A stretch of DNA of 62,877 nt, the filler included, from Collodictyon triciliatum (taxonomy: Eukaryota): assembly GCA_043381765.1 (NCBI GenBank). It is 13 parts of 13 records of this genome, joined end to end, with 100 filler letters (N's around TTAATTAATTAA, not from the genome) between each part and the next. Parts side by side here need not be neighbours in the genome. Positions count along the whole stretch, not along the records: positions 37,390 to 42,747 come from JBHJMP010005266.1; positions 42,848 to 48,205 come from JBHJMP010005267.1; positions 48,306 to 53,662 come from JBHJMP010005268.1; 10 more parts are not named here. One strand, 5' to 3'. The notes beneath the pieces are model-generated. The model saw only the letters and a program-made list of their open reading frames with translations. It was not told the origin of the DNA and made no database searches. The position numbers were made by a program, and so were the translations under genes. This document shows positions 39,136 to 51,800 of this stretch, in pieces. How positions within the stretch are numbered: the first letter of the stretch is position 1; the number at the start of each line of letters is the position of its first letter.

Positions 39136-41150
39136 TTAATGAATAAGGTTAGAGTCCATTAAATCACGAAAGAAAGCATCCATGTGGGACATGAGCGCCC
39201 ACGAGTCCGTTCTGATTTTCGCGAGCGTCGAGTTATCGCCCACAGTGAATTGGAAAAGAACGTGAAAGCGAGGGGGGATAAACGCCATGACCGATATGAC
39301 TCTCGATATCGATTTTTCATGAGTTTCGGATACTTGGATAGTAAATGGCTTCAATGATAATTCAACCAACTTTCGAACTTTATCTCCAGGCTCATCAAGA
39401 ACCTTGACTGATTCAGCACCGAAGGCACTAATGCCATAATCCGTGATTAGTTTTCTCTTTTAAAATTACATCGTGGTTCATTTATGTTGGTTTAGTTCAA
39501 ATGAGACATTTTTCGCATCGAATTACAATTGTAATGCCAATGGCGAGTTTCAAAAAAAAATATTGAGAAAAGAAAAATTAATAATCGAGTTACGCACCTG
39601 GTTGCTTTTACTCTCGTGGGGTGTGCCGTCCATTTTGGAGTATGAATGTTATCCCAGAGATAGCTAAATATGGATGACACCGCCTTGTGTGAAATAAATA
39701 AAAAATAAAATAATAATAAATAAATAATAAATAAATAAATAATAAATAAATAAGAGTCAAAAAAGAAAAATATATAACACATTGAAATACTAAAAATCTA
39801 ATCCAAAAAAAGAAAAGAAATGGAATGACACGCAAGCACAAAAGATAACCTGTGTATTGGTTTCTGATTCTATATTTGGAGGAGGAAACACTGGAATGAA
39901 CATATCGTATAAGCGCAGGGGTAAACCATAAGAAACTGGACCGGCACATGTAACTCCCTCTGCGTTAGTGAATGCACACCGTATTCCAATCACTGTAAAA
40001 TTACATGATATTGAGTTGAATGGATATGTTAAACGATAGCGACAGGAAGAAAATCATGATTTTTTGGGTGATAAAATGGTGAAATCAAACCGCCAGGCGT
40101 GGGTTCAGTGGGCTTAAACTGAACAACCATTTTGTAAGAGTACGGGAAATGATCTTTTATTTTTTCCCAGAGGATATGTCAGAATATAATCGAGATATTT
40201 TGGGTATATCACTAATCACAAATTACACTGCTGAATTACGAACTAGACTAAATACAAGATGATGTTTCATCGGAAGAGCTAGAGGGAGCGAGGCAAGGTA
40301 CGTAATAAAAAACGGATGCGCTTTCAAGTCCCTGAATAAAACGTACCATGGCGCTTTCAGAATAAAATATCGTGACATAATATGAGTCATAGTCATGCAA
40401 AACCCGAATGAGACAATTAAATGGAATTAATAAAGGATAGTTAGGAAATATTACAGGTGGCAGGAATTCTAACTGGAGTGCAAATATCTGTTTTGGTGTC
40501 ACAGACTCGGTTATCGCCTAATGTCGACCGTTTTCAATATGTATACGAGAAGAAAACCAGAGTCAAGCACCATACAGACTGACCAAACGACGGAAGTGTT
40601 TATTTACTCACTTTTTGGTGATATCGCAGACGAACCAGAATTTTAATATTTGCCACAAACTTATCATGGAATATCATTAAAAGGTAATCTTCCATCAAAT
40701 TTCTAATATAAGTAGGAGTTAAAATAGTAAATAACGGGGAAATCATAAATCTTAGGATAAAAAGCAATCTTAGCATTTTCTAACCCAGTGAACTCGAGGG
40801 CGTCGGCTGAAGGACTTATGCAAGAGCTGGTTTTAATAAAATAATCATATATGAATACTTTTACTCATTTTTTTAAATGGACACACATATTTTGAGCATT
40901 TTATCATGGGCCTGGTTGAAATATCAAATAAGGAAGAATAATATGGAGGGAAAACCTCTTATCAGAAGTGAGAGGATAAAATGATAAAAAGTCAACATTC
41001 ATCATTTGGGACGTCGAGGTAAGAACGGGGTAAACATGGGAATCTGTGAGCCGGTTTGCTTCACTCGTGAATAAAATAAACAAGAGAAATTTCAGTTTCG
41101 GTGGATGAGATGGGGTGATATTTTTGGCATATGCAGTTGGGAAAATCACT
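39136..41150 (-). CDS. Possible multi-exon hypothetical gene or decayed gene
   Basis: Several minus-strand coding-like blocks separated by AT-rich intron-like stretches. Frames are not fully resolved and no family was recognised. Confidence 0.3.
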
Positions 41151-42652
41151 TACATCCATTTTCAGTAGAATAATTTAGAAGCAAGAAATTGGCCAATTTT
41201 TCTCCATGAACATGTGTGAATAGAGTGAGATAGTAACCTGCTCTGTCTCGAATATCTGAGATATGTTTTTGAATTTTAATTTACTTGAAAGGATGCTTTT
41301 TATATTAGATGCAATTCTTTTTCTATCTGTTCCTTTCTCTTTTTTTTTTTTTCTGTTTAAAACCTAAATCGGCATAATTCGTGTGGCAGTAATGAAGCAG
41401 CTCAGAAACTTGGCTGAAAATAACTTGTTGGGAATGTCTCAGAATCAAAATACGAATGATGATCAAGAATCGATTGCCCAGCTGATAAAAAAAAATCATG
41501 TCAAGTTATTTATTAGTGAAATATTGGTATTTTTTTCCTTGACTAAGTTAAAACATGCAGCTTATACTACGAATATTATCAAACAGAAAAATTATATAGT
41601 AATGATAGGGGGAAAAACCTCCCAATCACCCTCTTCAGAGTAGGTTTTCAGGAACTCGAAAAGAAATGAGATACTGTCCTGCAAAGGGGATTTTTCATTT
41701 CAATGTTGCTAGGGATGAAAAGCTAGTATAATACATCGACCTAGATGTGACTCTAACTGTAATATATCGATTTGTTACCGAATAGAGACATACCGAAGGA
41801 TTGATGGATTTTTCAGAAACAACACGAGCGAGAAGCATAAAGTACTCGTGTATTTTATTCGAAGGAACTATGAATTAAAATGGTTATTAATTGAGCAACC
41901 ATAACTAAAGTGGTGTTATTCAAGATAAAAAAAACGCAGTTTTCTTTGCATCGAATAAAGGGGAAACCCCCCAGGTTTATGTTACATTTTTAAAACTTAT
42001 GTCAATAAAAACATTCTAGGCTGATTGCTGTATGACAATATTACAAAATTTACCACTTGAAATCAAATAAAGGTTGTAGGAAGAGAGAAAACGTAGCCCC
42101 AATGTTTGTGAGTCCTTAAAGATCCTATAAGGCCATATAATCTTTATCAGTTTGAAAAGTACCTCGATATATGATTTAAACATTTATCTCTCAACATGTT
42201 TGAAACCTGTTGACAAAAGCAATAAGGTCTGGGATAAAATTAGGGCGTTGCGTAACCAAGTCCAATTGATATTGAACGACTTGGTTGAAGGTGTCCTATT
42301 GCAAATTCATGCATATTAGGGCATTTAAGATTAAAGTTCCATATTAAGTATTGAAATTAAACTAAGATACCGCTAAGATAGCATAATCAAATAATAAATA
42401 TTGCATGGAAAAAGTGTAGCGCATATTTTAGTGCACCTGCGAACTGGTCACCAATTGAAGCAGACAATTAAACGCAGCAAGAGCATGTCGGCTAGTTTTC
42501 TAGTGGTGGGTAATGATCAATCACAAACCAATCTTGAGCCACCGAGCTCTAAGAAAAGAACAATATTTATACTAGTGAGAAGAAATCCCTACATTCTTGT
42601 GTGACTTTGAAAATATTATTCAGGTAAAATCCATGGAAATACAAAACAATAG

Positions 42653-42747
42653 AGAAGAAGAAGAAGAAGAAGAAGAAGAAGAAGAAGAAGAAGAAGAAGA
42701 AGAAGAAGAAGAAGAAGAAGAAGAAGAAGAAGAAGAAGAAGAAGAAG
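42653..42747. repeat. (GAA)n microsatellite
   Basis: Direct reading at contig end. Confidence 0.95.
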
Positions 42748-43594
42748 NNNNNNNNNNNNNNNNNNNNNNNNNNNNNNNNNNNNNNNNNNNNTTAATTAAT
42801 TAANNNNNNNNNNNNNNNNNNNNNNNNNNNNNNNNNNNNNNNNNNNNTTTGTTTCTTTTTTCCTTTTCTTCTCCTTTTTTTTTTTTTTTGGTCTCATTCA
42901 GCCTGTAAATGAATACACTTCATTACAAAGGTTGTGGCGAATTTGGCTTTATCGCTTTCAAGGCACAACATATTTTTATACAACGAAAGTGTACCCGTAT
43001 ATAGCAGTTTATTGTACAGACAACCATCGAATTAAATCTGGATTGACGAAAGCAGGAGCTTTGATGAATCCAAGAAAGCAACCTGAATAATATAATATTA
43101 TGTTAAGTATATATCGATATAATAAGATTAAAAATATTTAATAATCTCGCTCTTTTCCTGTTATCAATTTTATTCTTTTAATTTATGTAATATTAAAAAT
43201 TACAAACAAGCCCTTAAGTTGGCCCGGACAGAACCCACACCATAAACCTGCCACCAAATTTGTATTTCAAAAAAGCATACTATTCACACTTGCGGTGGTA
43301 ATCATGTTGTTTGGAGCCGATATGTTGACTTTCCGTCGCAATGGATATACAGCCGTCCTTTCGAACTCGCCGAATCAGTTCTCAGCGATTCGTCTCAAAT
43401 CACTTATAACAAAACTTTGTGTGTTTGTTTGCCACAATGCGCACATTTTGAGGGTCTCGGTAGATGCTTGATTTTACCTGAATTGATTTTGTGCAGTTTT
43501 TTTTTTATTATTAAATTGGCCGATTGAGTATTGTTTTATTAAAATTGAAAACTCGGTAGTTCTCTAGAGGAAGAAGTAAAACAAAGACTTTCAG

Positions 43595-45539
43595 ATGAAG
43601 AAAAGAAAACGTCTTGGGTTTGAGAATCTAAAGTATGTAAAACCAGACTATCGAAATGTGATTTTTTTTTACTCTTCCTTTCAACTTCGTGCAGGACCTC
43701 ACTATCGAAATGTGAAAACATCTCTAAAGTCGATTGTTAAGAATGCGGATAACTATGACAAATCAACGATACGGTCTTATTGTGTCATAATTTGGTTACC
43801 GACACTTATCTGTTTGCAAGATTTTACATATTGGAATCACAACAGCTCCCAACAATCGATGAAATGTTAATTTTTTTTCTTTGTACGCTTTAAAGACAGT
43901 CGGAATAATTTCACAAGATAGACCAGCAAGTTTTTTTTTTTTAAAAAAAAAAGCAGAAATGAGTAAAGACATGATGACTTTATATCTCAATGATTTTCGA
44001 TTCCTTTTTTCCTGAGAATAACGCTTTCCGTTGGCTAGACTGTCCCATGTATTACCGTACTTGGCGAAGCAAATGTTAACAGCTTATCATAAACAAATTA
44101 AGCAGCATTCTGTAAAGAGGTTACTGAGCTTTATAAATCAAGCATTTCCTAAAGATGGGGATATTACGGAAGCTATTAAAAGGCAGAGTTACGAAAGTTA
44201 AAAAAAATTATCTTCAAGAAACTCGAAATACTGAAACAATATAAAGAATGGATTAAAACGCATTTGCATCATATCATTACCAGCGATATTGTAAATGGTA
44301 TCGAATATGTCGCCAAAGTCAATCCAAATAAGTACATTCCATGTCTGATTTACATGAATCGCATTTTTGAGGACATTGGAACCAAACTGCTTCAACCAAT
44401 CCCCATAAGAACTAACAATATACCATGTCGTATTACTCTAGATACTGCATTTTTGATATTTCTATTAGTATTTATGAAAAAACATTACTGAAGAATATAT
44501 CAGGATGCAAAGAGACCCTATGAGATAAGTTCTTTGAAATGAAGAGGGTCTTTCATCTAACAGACTACAGTTTCAAGTACATGATACAAACAGAAGGGTT
44601 GGCGGTGTCATTATTGTTTGAAAAGAAAGGTATTTCAAATTCAAAATTCAAATATAACCAAAAGAAAACCCAAGAATGTGTTCATATAGATATACTTTTC
44701 GAAGAGCAATTATCTTTATTAGCGACAAAAAAAAAAGTCAGATTGCACGCAGGCAAGTTTAATTTGGTTTACATGGTGGATGAGACAGGCAAGAAATCAC
44801 GTTACACGACTCACCAAACAAGACATGATAGAAAATCTCTTAAAAATCACAAAATACTCTTGCGCGAGAAAAAAAAGCACAATGCTTCGGGGATATGCAT
44901 GGCAACAGGTTTACAAAGTGCTGTTTCTTTTGTTGCCCTGACTTTTGAAGAGAATCAGCAGTTTGAGACATCAAGAGCATCTTTAATCGTTTTAGAGACA
45001 GGACTGAGTAAACAAAATTCATGCACGGTCAATTATGAAAAAAATCGAAAATATGCATCTATGAAATCAAGATACCAGATAGAATTATCCAGATTTTATG
45101 AACAAGTAACTTTTCGTAAGATGAGATGGAGACAGTATGCTAATACAAAAAGAAGTGAACGGTTGTCTATGGACCGAATCGAAAAGACAGTTGGCAAGGA
45201 TGTTGTACTGGCGTATGGAGGCTGGAGTAGAAAACCTCTGATGAACCATTTTATGCCAACAATCGGAAGAGGATTACGAAAAATACTATCCAAACGTTTT
45301 GAAACAGTTAATGTAGACGAATTTAGAACCTCCAAGATGTGTTGCAACTGCGAAAAAGAACTGGAATATATGACACCGAAAGGAAATACAAAAAAATGTA
45401 CAGATGTCTCATATTTAAAGAATGCCATCGCTCAGAAAGCAAACAAAGTGTATTCTTGACAGGGGACTTTAACAGCGCTAATGATATACTCAACAAGGTT
45501 CTTTTAATCCTTCAAAAAATGCATACACCTTCCTCTTAA
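43595..45539 (+). pseudogene. Fanzor1 (eukaryotic TnpB-family RNA-guided RuvC nuclease) relic, intronless and frameshifted
   Basis: Ordered motifs across frames: VKTSLKSIV; LVTDTYLFARFYIL..LPTID; LSHVLPYLAKQMLT; NPNKYIPCLIYMN...PIRTNNIPCRITLDT; FKYMIQTEGLAVSLLF; RuvC-I VRLHAGKFNL (DPG lost); YGGWS...PTIGRGLRKIL; RuvC-II VDEFRTSKMCCNC; RuvC-III TGDFNSANDI. Confidence 0.85.
43647..43715 (-). mobile_element. Short poly(A)-tailed insertion with 15-bp TSD (second sequence type)
   Basis: ACTATCGAAATGTGA at 43647-43661 and 43701-43715 flanks 39 nt, minus strand GAGGTCCTGCACGAAGTTGAAAGGAAGAGT(A)9. Confidence 0.75.
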
Positions 45540-45550
45540 AAAAAAACAGG

Positions 45551-45710
45551 CTGTCGGGTCTCTCCTGGCAGCCTTCACCACTACAAAATCTTTGTGAAAA
45601 AAGCGGTGAGACCTTGGATATTACTGGACGAAGTTTACCAGTCGAAAGACTGGTTTACTCTTTCTAGTAGAGGAAATAAAGCAGCACACAGAACAATATT
45701 GGGTGGACTC
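45551..45710 (+). ncRNA. Candidate Fanzor omegaRNA scaffold
   Basis: Lies directly 3' of the Fanzor ORF. Stems GGTCTC/GAGACC (45557-62/45608-13) enclosing TTCAC/GTGAA, then TACTGGA/TCTAGTA enclosing ACCAGTC-GAAA-GACTGGT (45637-45654). Confidence 0.5.
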
Positions 45711-45933
45711 AAATTACCAAACCCAGCAATCGATCACGCACGAAAGCTAGTAAGTGGGCAAAGGACGAAGCAGAACAAAACGAAACGGAAATATCGAGTG
45801 TAATTAAGGTGCAAAGGCGACCGCAAGACCGGCACGAGGGTCTGGGGCAAGCGTAATAACTGCGAATAGAAGCGACGCAAAGACACCGCCCCTGCTGCAA
45901 CAATCTAAGCATGCTTTGCTCGCACAGCGGAAG

Positions 45934-47121
45934 ATGACGACCACCCGTAGATTTGTTGCCTCGGATCTACTCTCGTTTAATCGCGTCAACCTCGATCCCC
46001 TGACCGAAACGGTAAGCCACCGACAGAACATCGTGCTTCTCTTCTCTTTCCTCCGGGTTGTCCCTTCTTCCTCTTTTTCCGTCCTGACTTTCGATCGTGA
46101 AAAAAAAAAGACATCCACTGAAAAAAAAAAGACAGTAAGAAAAAGAAAAAGTTTAATGAAAAGAAAACGAAAAAGAAAAAGAAAAAGAAAAAAAAAGAAA
46201 AAGAAGCAAAAGGAAAGCAAAAGGAAAGCAAAAGGAAAGCAAAAGGAAAGAAAAAGAAAAGAAAAGAAGGAAAAGGAAAGAAAAAGGAAAAGGAAAATAT
46301 ACTGATCGAAAGAAACTGCTTTCACACAGTACAATATGGGCTTTTATCTACAATACCTCTCACGCTGGCCAGACTACTTCCTTGTCCAAGAGAGCCCCAG
46401 CAGCCAACTCATGGGATACAGTAAGTTATCTGATGGTCGTGCACACTATTTATTTGATTATTGCGGGCGTTGCTTTTCGGTCGATGTGCAGAACCTAACT
46501 GTTGTGCTTGGCCAATCATTCATACACCATCCTATATGCCTACATTTTTATATTAACATCTACCCATCAAGTTATGGGCAAAGTTGAGGGGGTTGGAGAA
46601 AACTGGCATGGGCATGTCACGGCTGTCACGGTAGCACCAGACTATCGCCGACTCCACATTGCACAGTCCCTGATGAACTCACTGGAGGAGATTTCGGAAA
46701 AGACGTAGAGTTTTATTGATTCGCATGAGTTGATGACGATTTATTTGATTGGACTTTTATAGTTGATGAATATAATTACCAAACCATGAAGATACGACGG
46801 ATACTTTGTGGATCTGTTTGTGCGTGTATCGAACGCAGTCGCGGTAGGAATGTACGAACGGATGGGTTATTCCGTGTATCGACGGGTGATTGGGTACTAT
46901 TCTGGTGAAGAGGATGCCTTTGGTTTGTAGCAGATCATATACCTATTGATATGTGCCCGATTTACCAGAGTCTCTTTTTTTTTTCTTCTTCAAGGTTCTG
47001 AATATCTAAAATGCAACGCCCCCCTTGTTTATCAGACATGAGGAAGGCGCTCCCCCGCGATGTGGACAAGAAGTCAATCATTCCATTGCCCCACCCGGTC
47101 TACCCTGACGATGTGGACTGA
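45934..47121 (+). CDS. NAA20: N-alpha-acetyltransferase 20 (NatB catalytic subunit), 5 exons
   Basis: MTTTRRF..NLDPLTET/YNMGFYLQYLSRWP/MGKVEG..WHGHVTAVTVAPDYRR/YFVDLFVRVSN..YRRVIGYY..EDAF/DMRKALPRD. Confidence 0.95.
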
Positions 47122-47261
47122 ATTGTGCGCGGCTGTGTGCTTCTCGTGTTGCTTCTTTTTTTCTTTTATGCGTATACAACCACACGAGCATTCATAGCGC
47201 AATAAATGAGCATCCTCCTTTTTCTTTCTTTTTTCTATAGAAATGAGCATGTAATCAGAGA

Positions 47262-47368
<107 letters not shown>

Positions 47369-48356
47369 TACACACCACCCACTAGAGTAGGCGAATCAGC
47401 TAAGGTGAAGGATAAATTAATATATAGTGAAGATAGAGGTGATTACTGAAAAAAAATAATTAAACAAGCATATCAAAGAGAAAACGTTCAAGACTTACTC
47501 TAGCGATTGTCATATGTTTTCATTCAATGACGATAACTTGATTTTCAACCATGATATCTAAGTCTCGGGAAAGATGGCTAGAATCTTGACCATATCTCGT
47601 ATAACCGGCATTTCTTCTCGGAAAAAAATAATATAAAACACACGAAAAGATGATAGGAGGACCCAGCCCCAGAAATGATGATAAATACCATATTTTAAAG
47701 GCCTCTACTCACTTATGGGGATTTAGGGAATAGCCTACATGGGGTGCGGACCATTTGTCTGTTTTTCATCGGGCTGGAGGTGTATCAGAAAGAGTTATAT
47801 TCTATCATGGGAACTCGCTGGGAGCTGAAGCGTATGACAGGAAACCAAAAAAAAAAAAAAAAAGAGTCGTATAATATATACGATATGTATGTATACAATT
47901 TTGCCTATTTTCACAGAAATTCGTCTCCTGCCGTCACCTCGTTTGTTGTGGCCACTTTTCCAGCCGCTTGCCACTTCTTTCCCACACACTGCCACACCTG
48001 TCAATGCCCCCGCAGCCTTTTGACAGAGGCCAAGGCGCAGCCCATCCGCATGTGCAGAGGAATAGACAACGATATTTTTTTTTCAGCAAAGCAATACAGA
48101 AAACAGAACAAAACAAAACAAAAACAAAAACAAAAACAAAAACAAAAACAAAAACAAAAACAAAAACAAAAACAAAAACAAAAACAAAAACAAAAACAAA
48201 AACAANNNNNNNNNNNNNNNNNNNNNNNNNNNNNNNNNNNNNNNNNNNNTTAATTAATTAANNNNNNNNNNNNNNNNNNNNNNNNNNNNNNNNNNNNNNN
48301 NNNNNTTTTTTTCTTTTCTTTTCTTTTTTTTTTCTTTTCTTTTTTTTCTTGCTCAC

Positions 48357-48487
48357 TTGCAAGCGGGCCGTTTGTTTAGGGCCTCCAGTTCCGCCTCGAA
48401 GAGGAAAGGACTAAGCGATAACTGCGCGCAGAAGAGCGAGGACGCGAAGGAGTGAGCAAGCAGTCTAACTTGCCTCAGCCGATACAT
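48357..48487 (-). CDS. Possible first exon of a truncated gene
   Basis: ATG-initiated MYRLRQVRLLAHSFASSLF... ends at a GTGAG donor near the contig end. Confidence 0.3.
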
Positions 48488-48880
48488 CGTATCTCCCTTC
48501 CATCGTACTTGCTTCTGGCCGGCTCACTAATCAATTAATCAAACAGAACGAACAGAATATAAATGAAACAAAAAAACAAGAAAAAGACGCTGAGTTCTGC
48601 TGGCGAAAAAGTAGGAGTGGAGCGCACCAGAAATGAGAGGGTCTGCTCGTTTCACGGATTGATTATGCCTGGTTATTTGGCGCGATGCAATTGATTCCTT
48701 TCAGATATCGCGTATATATCACTAGTCGAGTCGCGCCAGGAGAGCATCTGCAGAGTCGAGGAAAATAAATGTCGTCGGCCATCACTAGTGCGTTGATTAA
48801 TCAGGGCAACATCACATCAAAAATACGTGTTTGTGATGAGAATCTGCGCTGTGTGTGTGGGCGCACGCGTGTATTTTTGT

Positions 48881-51800
48881 TTATTCCTGGGCTTGGTTTT
48901 CCTTCTTGCTCTTTTTCTTCTTCGGGAGATCACTTTTCAATTGGTCTTTGGTTTGGCCTCCAGAATCCGAAGCGGCTTTTGCAGGCGGCTTCGACTTCGA
49001 CTTCCAAGGCCGTTGTTGTTCTTGCTCTTGATGATAATATTGTTCTTGATGGTGATATTGTTGTTGATGATATTGTTGATGGTATGGTTCTTGATGATAA
49101 TATTGTTGATGGTGCTGCTGTTGCTGTCTGTAGTTCGGGTAGCTGTGATAGGACGACTGCGCCTCGGCCTGCTTTCGATACTGGGCAGCCCTCTGTGCAG
49201 GCTTTGTGTATGTGTCAAGACGCTGCTGATTGGAATCTGGTTGCTGGTGGGTTTGGGCTTCATAGCCCTGATGTTCCCACTTTTTCGCACTGCTGAAGCC
49301 TCGATAACTATAGTCACTGTGAAGGGGGTTTGTTTGTTTGTTTTGTTTGTTTTGTTTTGTTTTGTTTTGTTTTGTTTTGTTTTGTTTTGTTTTGTTTTGT
49401 TTTGTTTTGTTTTGTTTTGTTTTGTTTTGTTTTGTTTTGTTTTCGACGTGGCAGGTTTTTTGTGAGTCGTATACGAATTGGGGGAGGACTGGTCACCTTC
49501 CGCTTTGGTACGGCGCGAGCTTCTTCAAGGAGATTCTCTGGTTCAGGTCTTTGTCTTCTGAGTTAAGGATTTCCTCCACAGACATCCCGTATGACGAGGG
49601 CTTCACGGAAACGTACTTAAAGCGCACTGGAGTGTCTCCAATCTGCGTTATATGTGGATAGTGAGATGTTTTGTTGATTTGTGCGCGTTTGTATGCATGT
49701 TGGTGAATTGGGTCTGAAGTAGGCATCCTCTCGATTCAAGGATAAGCCAATCATAGACAAGTGTGCTACATTCAATGACATCTTGTGCCGTCTATACCAT
49801 GTCGCTATATCCAAGCTTGAACGTTTCCTCTAGATATTCATCCAACAAATCCTTTGGAAGTGCAGGTTTTTTATCCCCTTTCTTTTTTGACTTTTTTCCG
49901 CCATCTCCATATCCTGGTTCGTCATCTTCGTTGTCGTATTCGGGGATAGGAGCATACGAATCATCCTGGATGAAGGATTGTGTTTAAATAAAACCTTTGC
50001 ATGACACAAGGACATGTTAATATCTTCTTTTTTTTTTTTCAGGGAATGTAATCGCACAAAGTAGAATGATATTGATGTAAATATGCGTGCTGCTTTTACA
50101 TAATCATTATAATAGTCATCATTGAAAGTAGACTCCATCTTTCTCTGGAACTCGTCCGGGTCAAAGTCCCCTTCCAAATCAGCCTCGCTGAATGGTAGTG
50201 ACGAAACGCCGGATATTTGCCTGTGCATGGGAGAATAAGTAAGAATTCGTGTGGCACTCTATCAGTTCAGTTTTAGATGGTGGGGTTTGTATTCTATTCT
50301 AATAACTTGAAGGGGACATAAAAACAGTATAAAATTATTGCAGTTCATGATAGCATGACTCATACTTGATAACATCAAGCTTATTCATGATTTCTTTCTT
50401 CTTCAAGTTTTTCAATCGTTTCAGTTCCTCGGCTCTCTGTAATTTTGCGTGCTCCTCTTTTTCTTTGTGCTTTTCTCTCTGTTCCTTGCGCTTTTCAGCC
50501 TTCACATCCCTATTTCATAAAGAATACATATAAGTCATTTGAATGACACATAATATTAAAATCATTAATATAATGTTTAATGTTTGTTTTTTTGCGTTAT
50601 TAGTGAGAGCGTTGGTGGCGGTTTTTGTCGAGATATCAACTGAGCAAACAATTAAATCATCATTTCCCCATAGAACTACATACCTTCTTACCGACTCTGG
50701 GATTTGTCGGGGGTAATTGATAATTTGATGGGCGTTTCTGGTTCATGTGTTTTTAGAATTGCCCCATTAGAGTAAATTCATTTTTATTGTAGATTAATAA
50801 TTAAAATTAAAAGGAATGTAGTAAGATAGAGAACATGCGAAAAAGGGGATATAATGATATTCTAGACTATTACGGCTCTTCAAATCTAAAGTTGTGAATT
50901 CTTTCAAACTCCTCTTGGAACTCAATTTCCTCCTCTTCCTTCTCGACGTCTTCTACAGTTTTTATAATCTCATCATTTGGGGTTTCCTCACTCTCTCGAG
51001 TACGCTTTTTCCACCCATCAAAAAGCACATAACTAAAAGGAAAAAAATTATTCAAAAAAATCTGCGAATAATGCAGTATTTTTAATAAGGGACTCGATAC
51101 AGATTTTAGCATAAGAATCAATTTCCTTTCAATTGCATATAATTCGTTCCATAACACAATATGAAAAACAAAAGTGAAAGCGAAAGAAAAAAATGTGCAC
51201 GTACTCTCGCAAGAATTTTTCATTTTCATCTATATCTTCTCCGGCCATCTCCCTGAAAAATTCATTATTCTCGATACTGGAAATTTTTTTCTGCGGTAGT
51301 TCGAATATTTAAGTATTTCAACTATTCTATCATCTAAAAAAATAAAATATGAGAATAAAAATAGTTTGTTTATTATCTCATGGATAATGTCAAGGACATG
51401 GTATTATTTTGCGTTTAATCAATAGAGGAAGAAACCTTGATGAGCTCTTCTTTGAGGAAAGATGTATATTCAGCCTCTTCTCTATCCATCTGGTCCTTTG
51501 ACTTTGACTTTTTCATAAGGAAATCAGTCTCTTCCTCAGAACCAGAGTCGATACCTACATTTGAATGAGAAAAATACGTCAGTTTTTTTTAAAAAAAAAA
51601 TCATCATTGTATAGGCTAACTTTACGTTCTTATCCTTTTTCATGTTTATTCTCTTTTTCTTTTTTTCTTTTTTTCCAAATTGTGATAATAGAAAAAAAGA
51701 GAAAAAGTCACACTTCGAATTGTTTCGGAGAATGATTTCTTGGCCAAAATTTGCTTTTCTTGATAAGTTGGGGATGAAGGCCTCATTTTTTGCTTGTTGA

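Noticed and set aside
43200-45720. Terminal inverted repeats or TSD around the Fanzor relic
   Set aside because: Only short chance-level matches were seen, so element ends cannot be defined from one copy.
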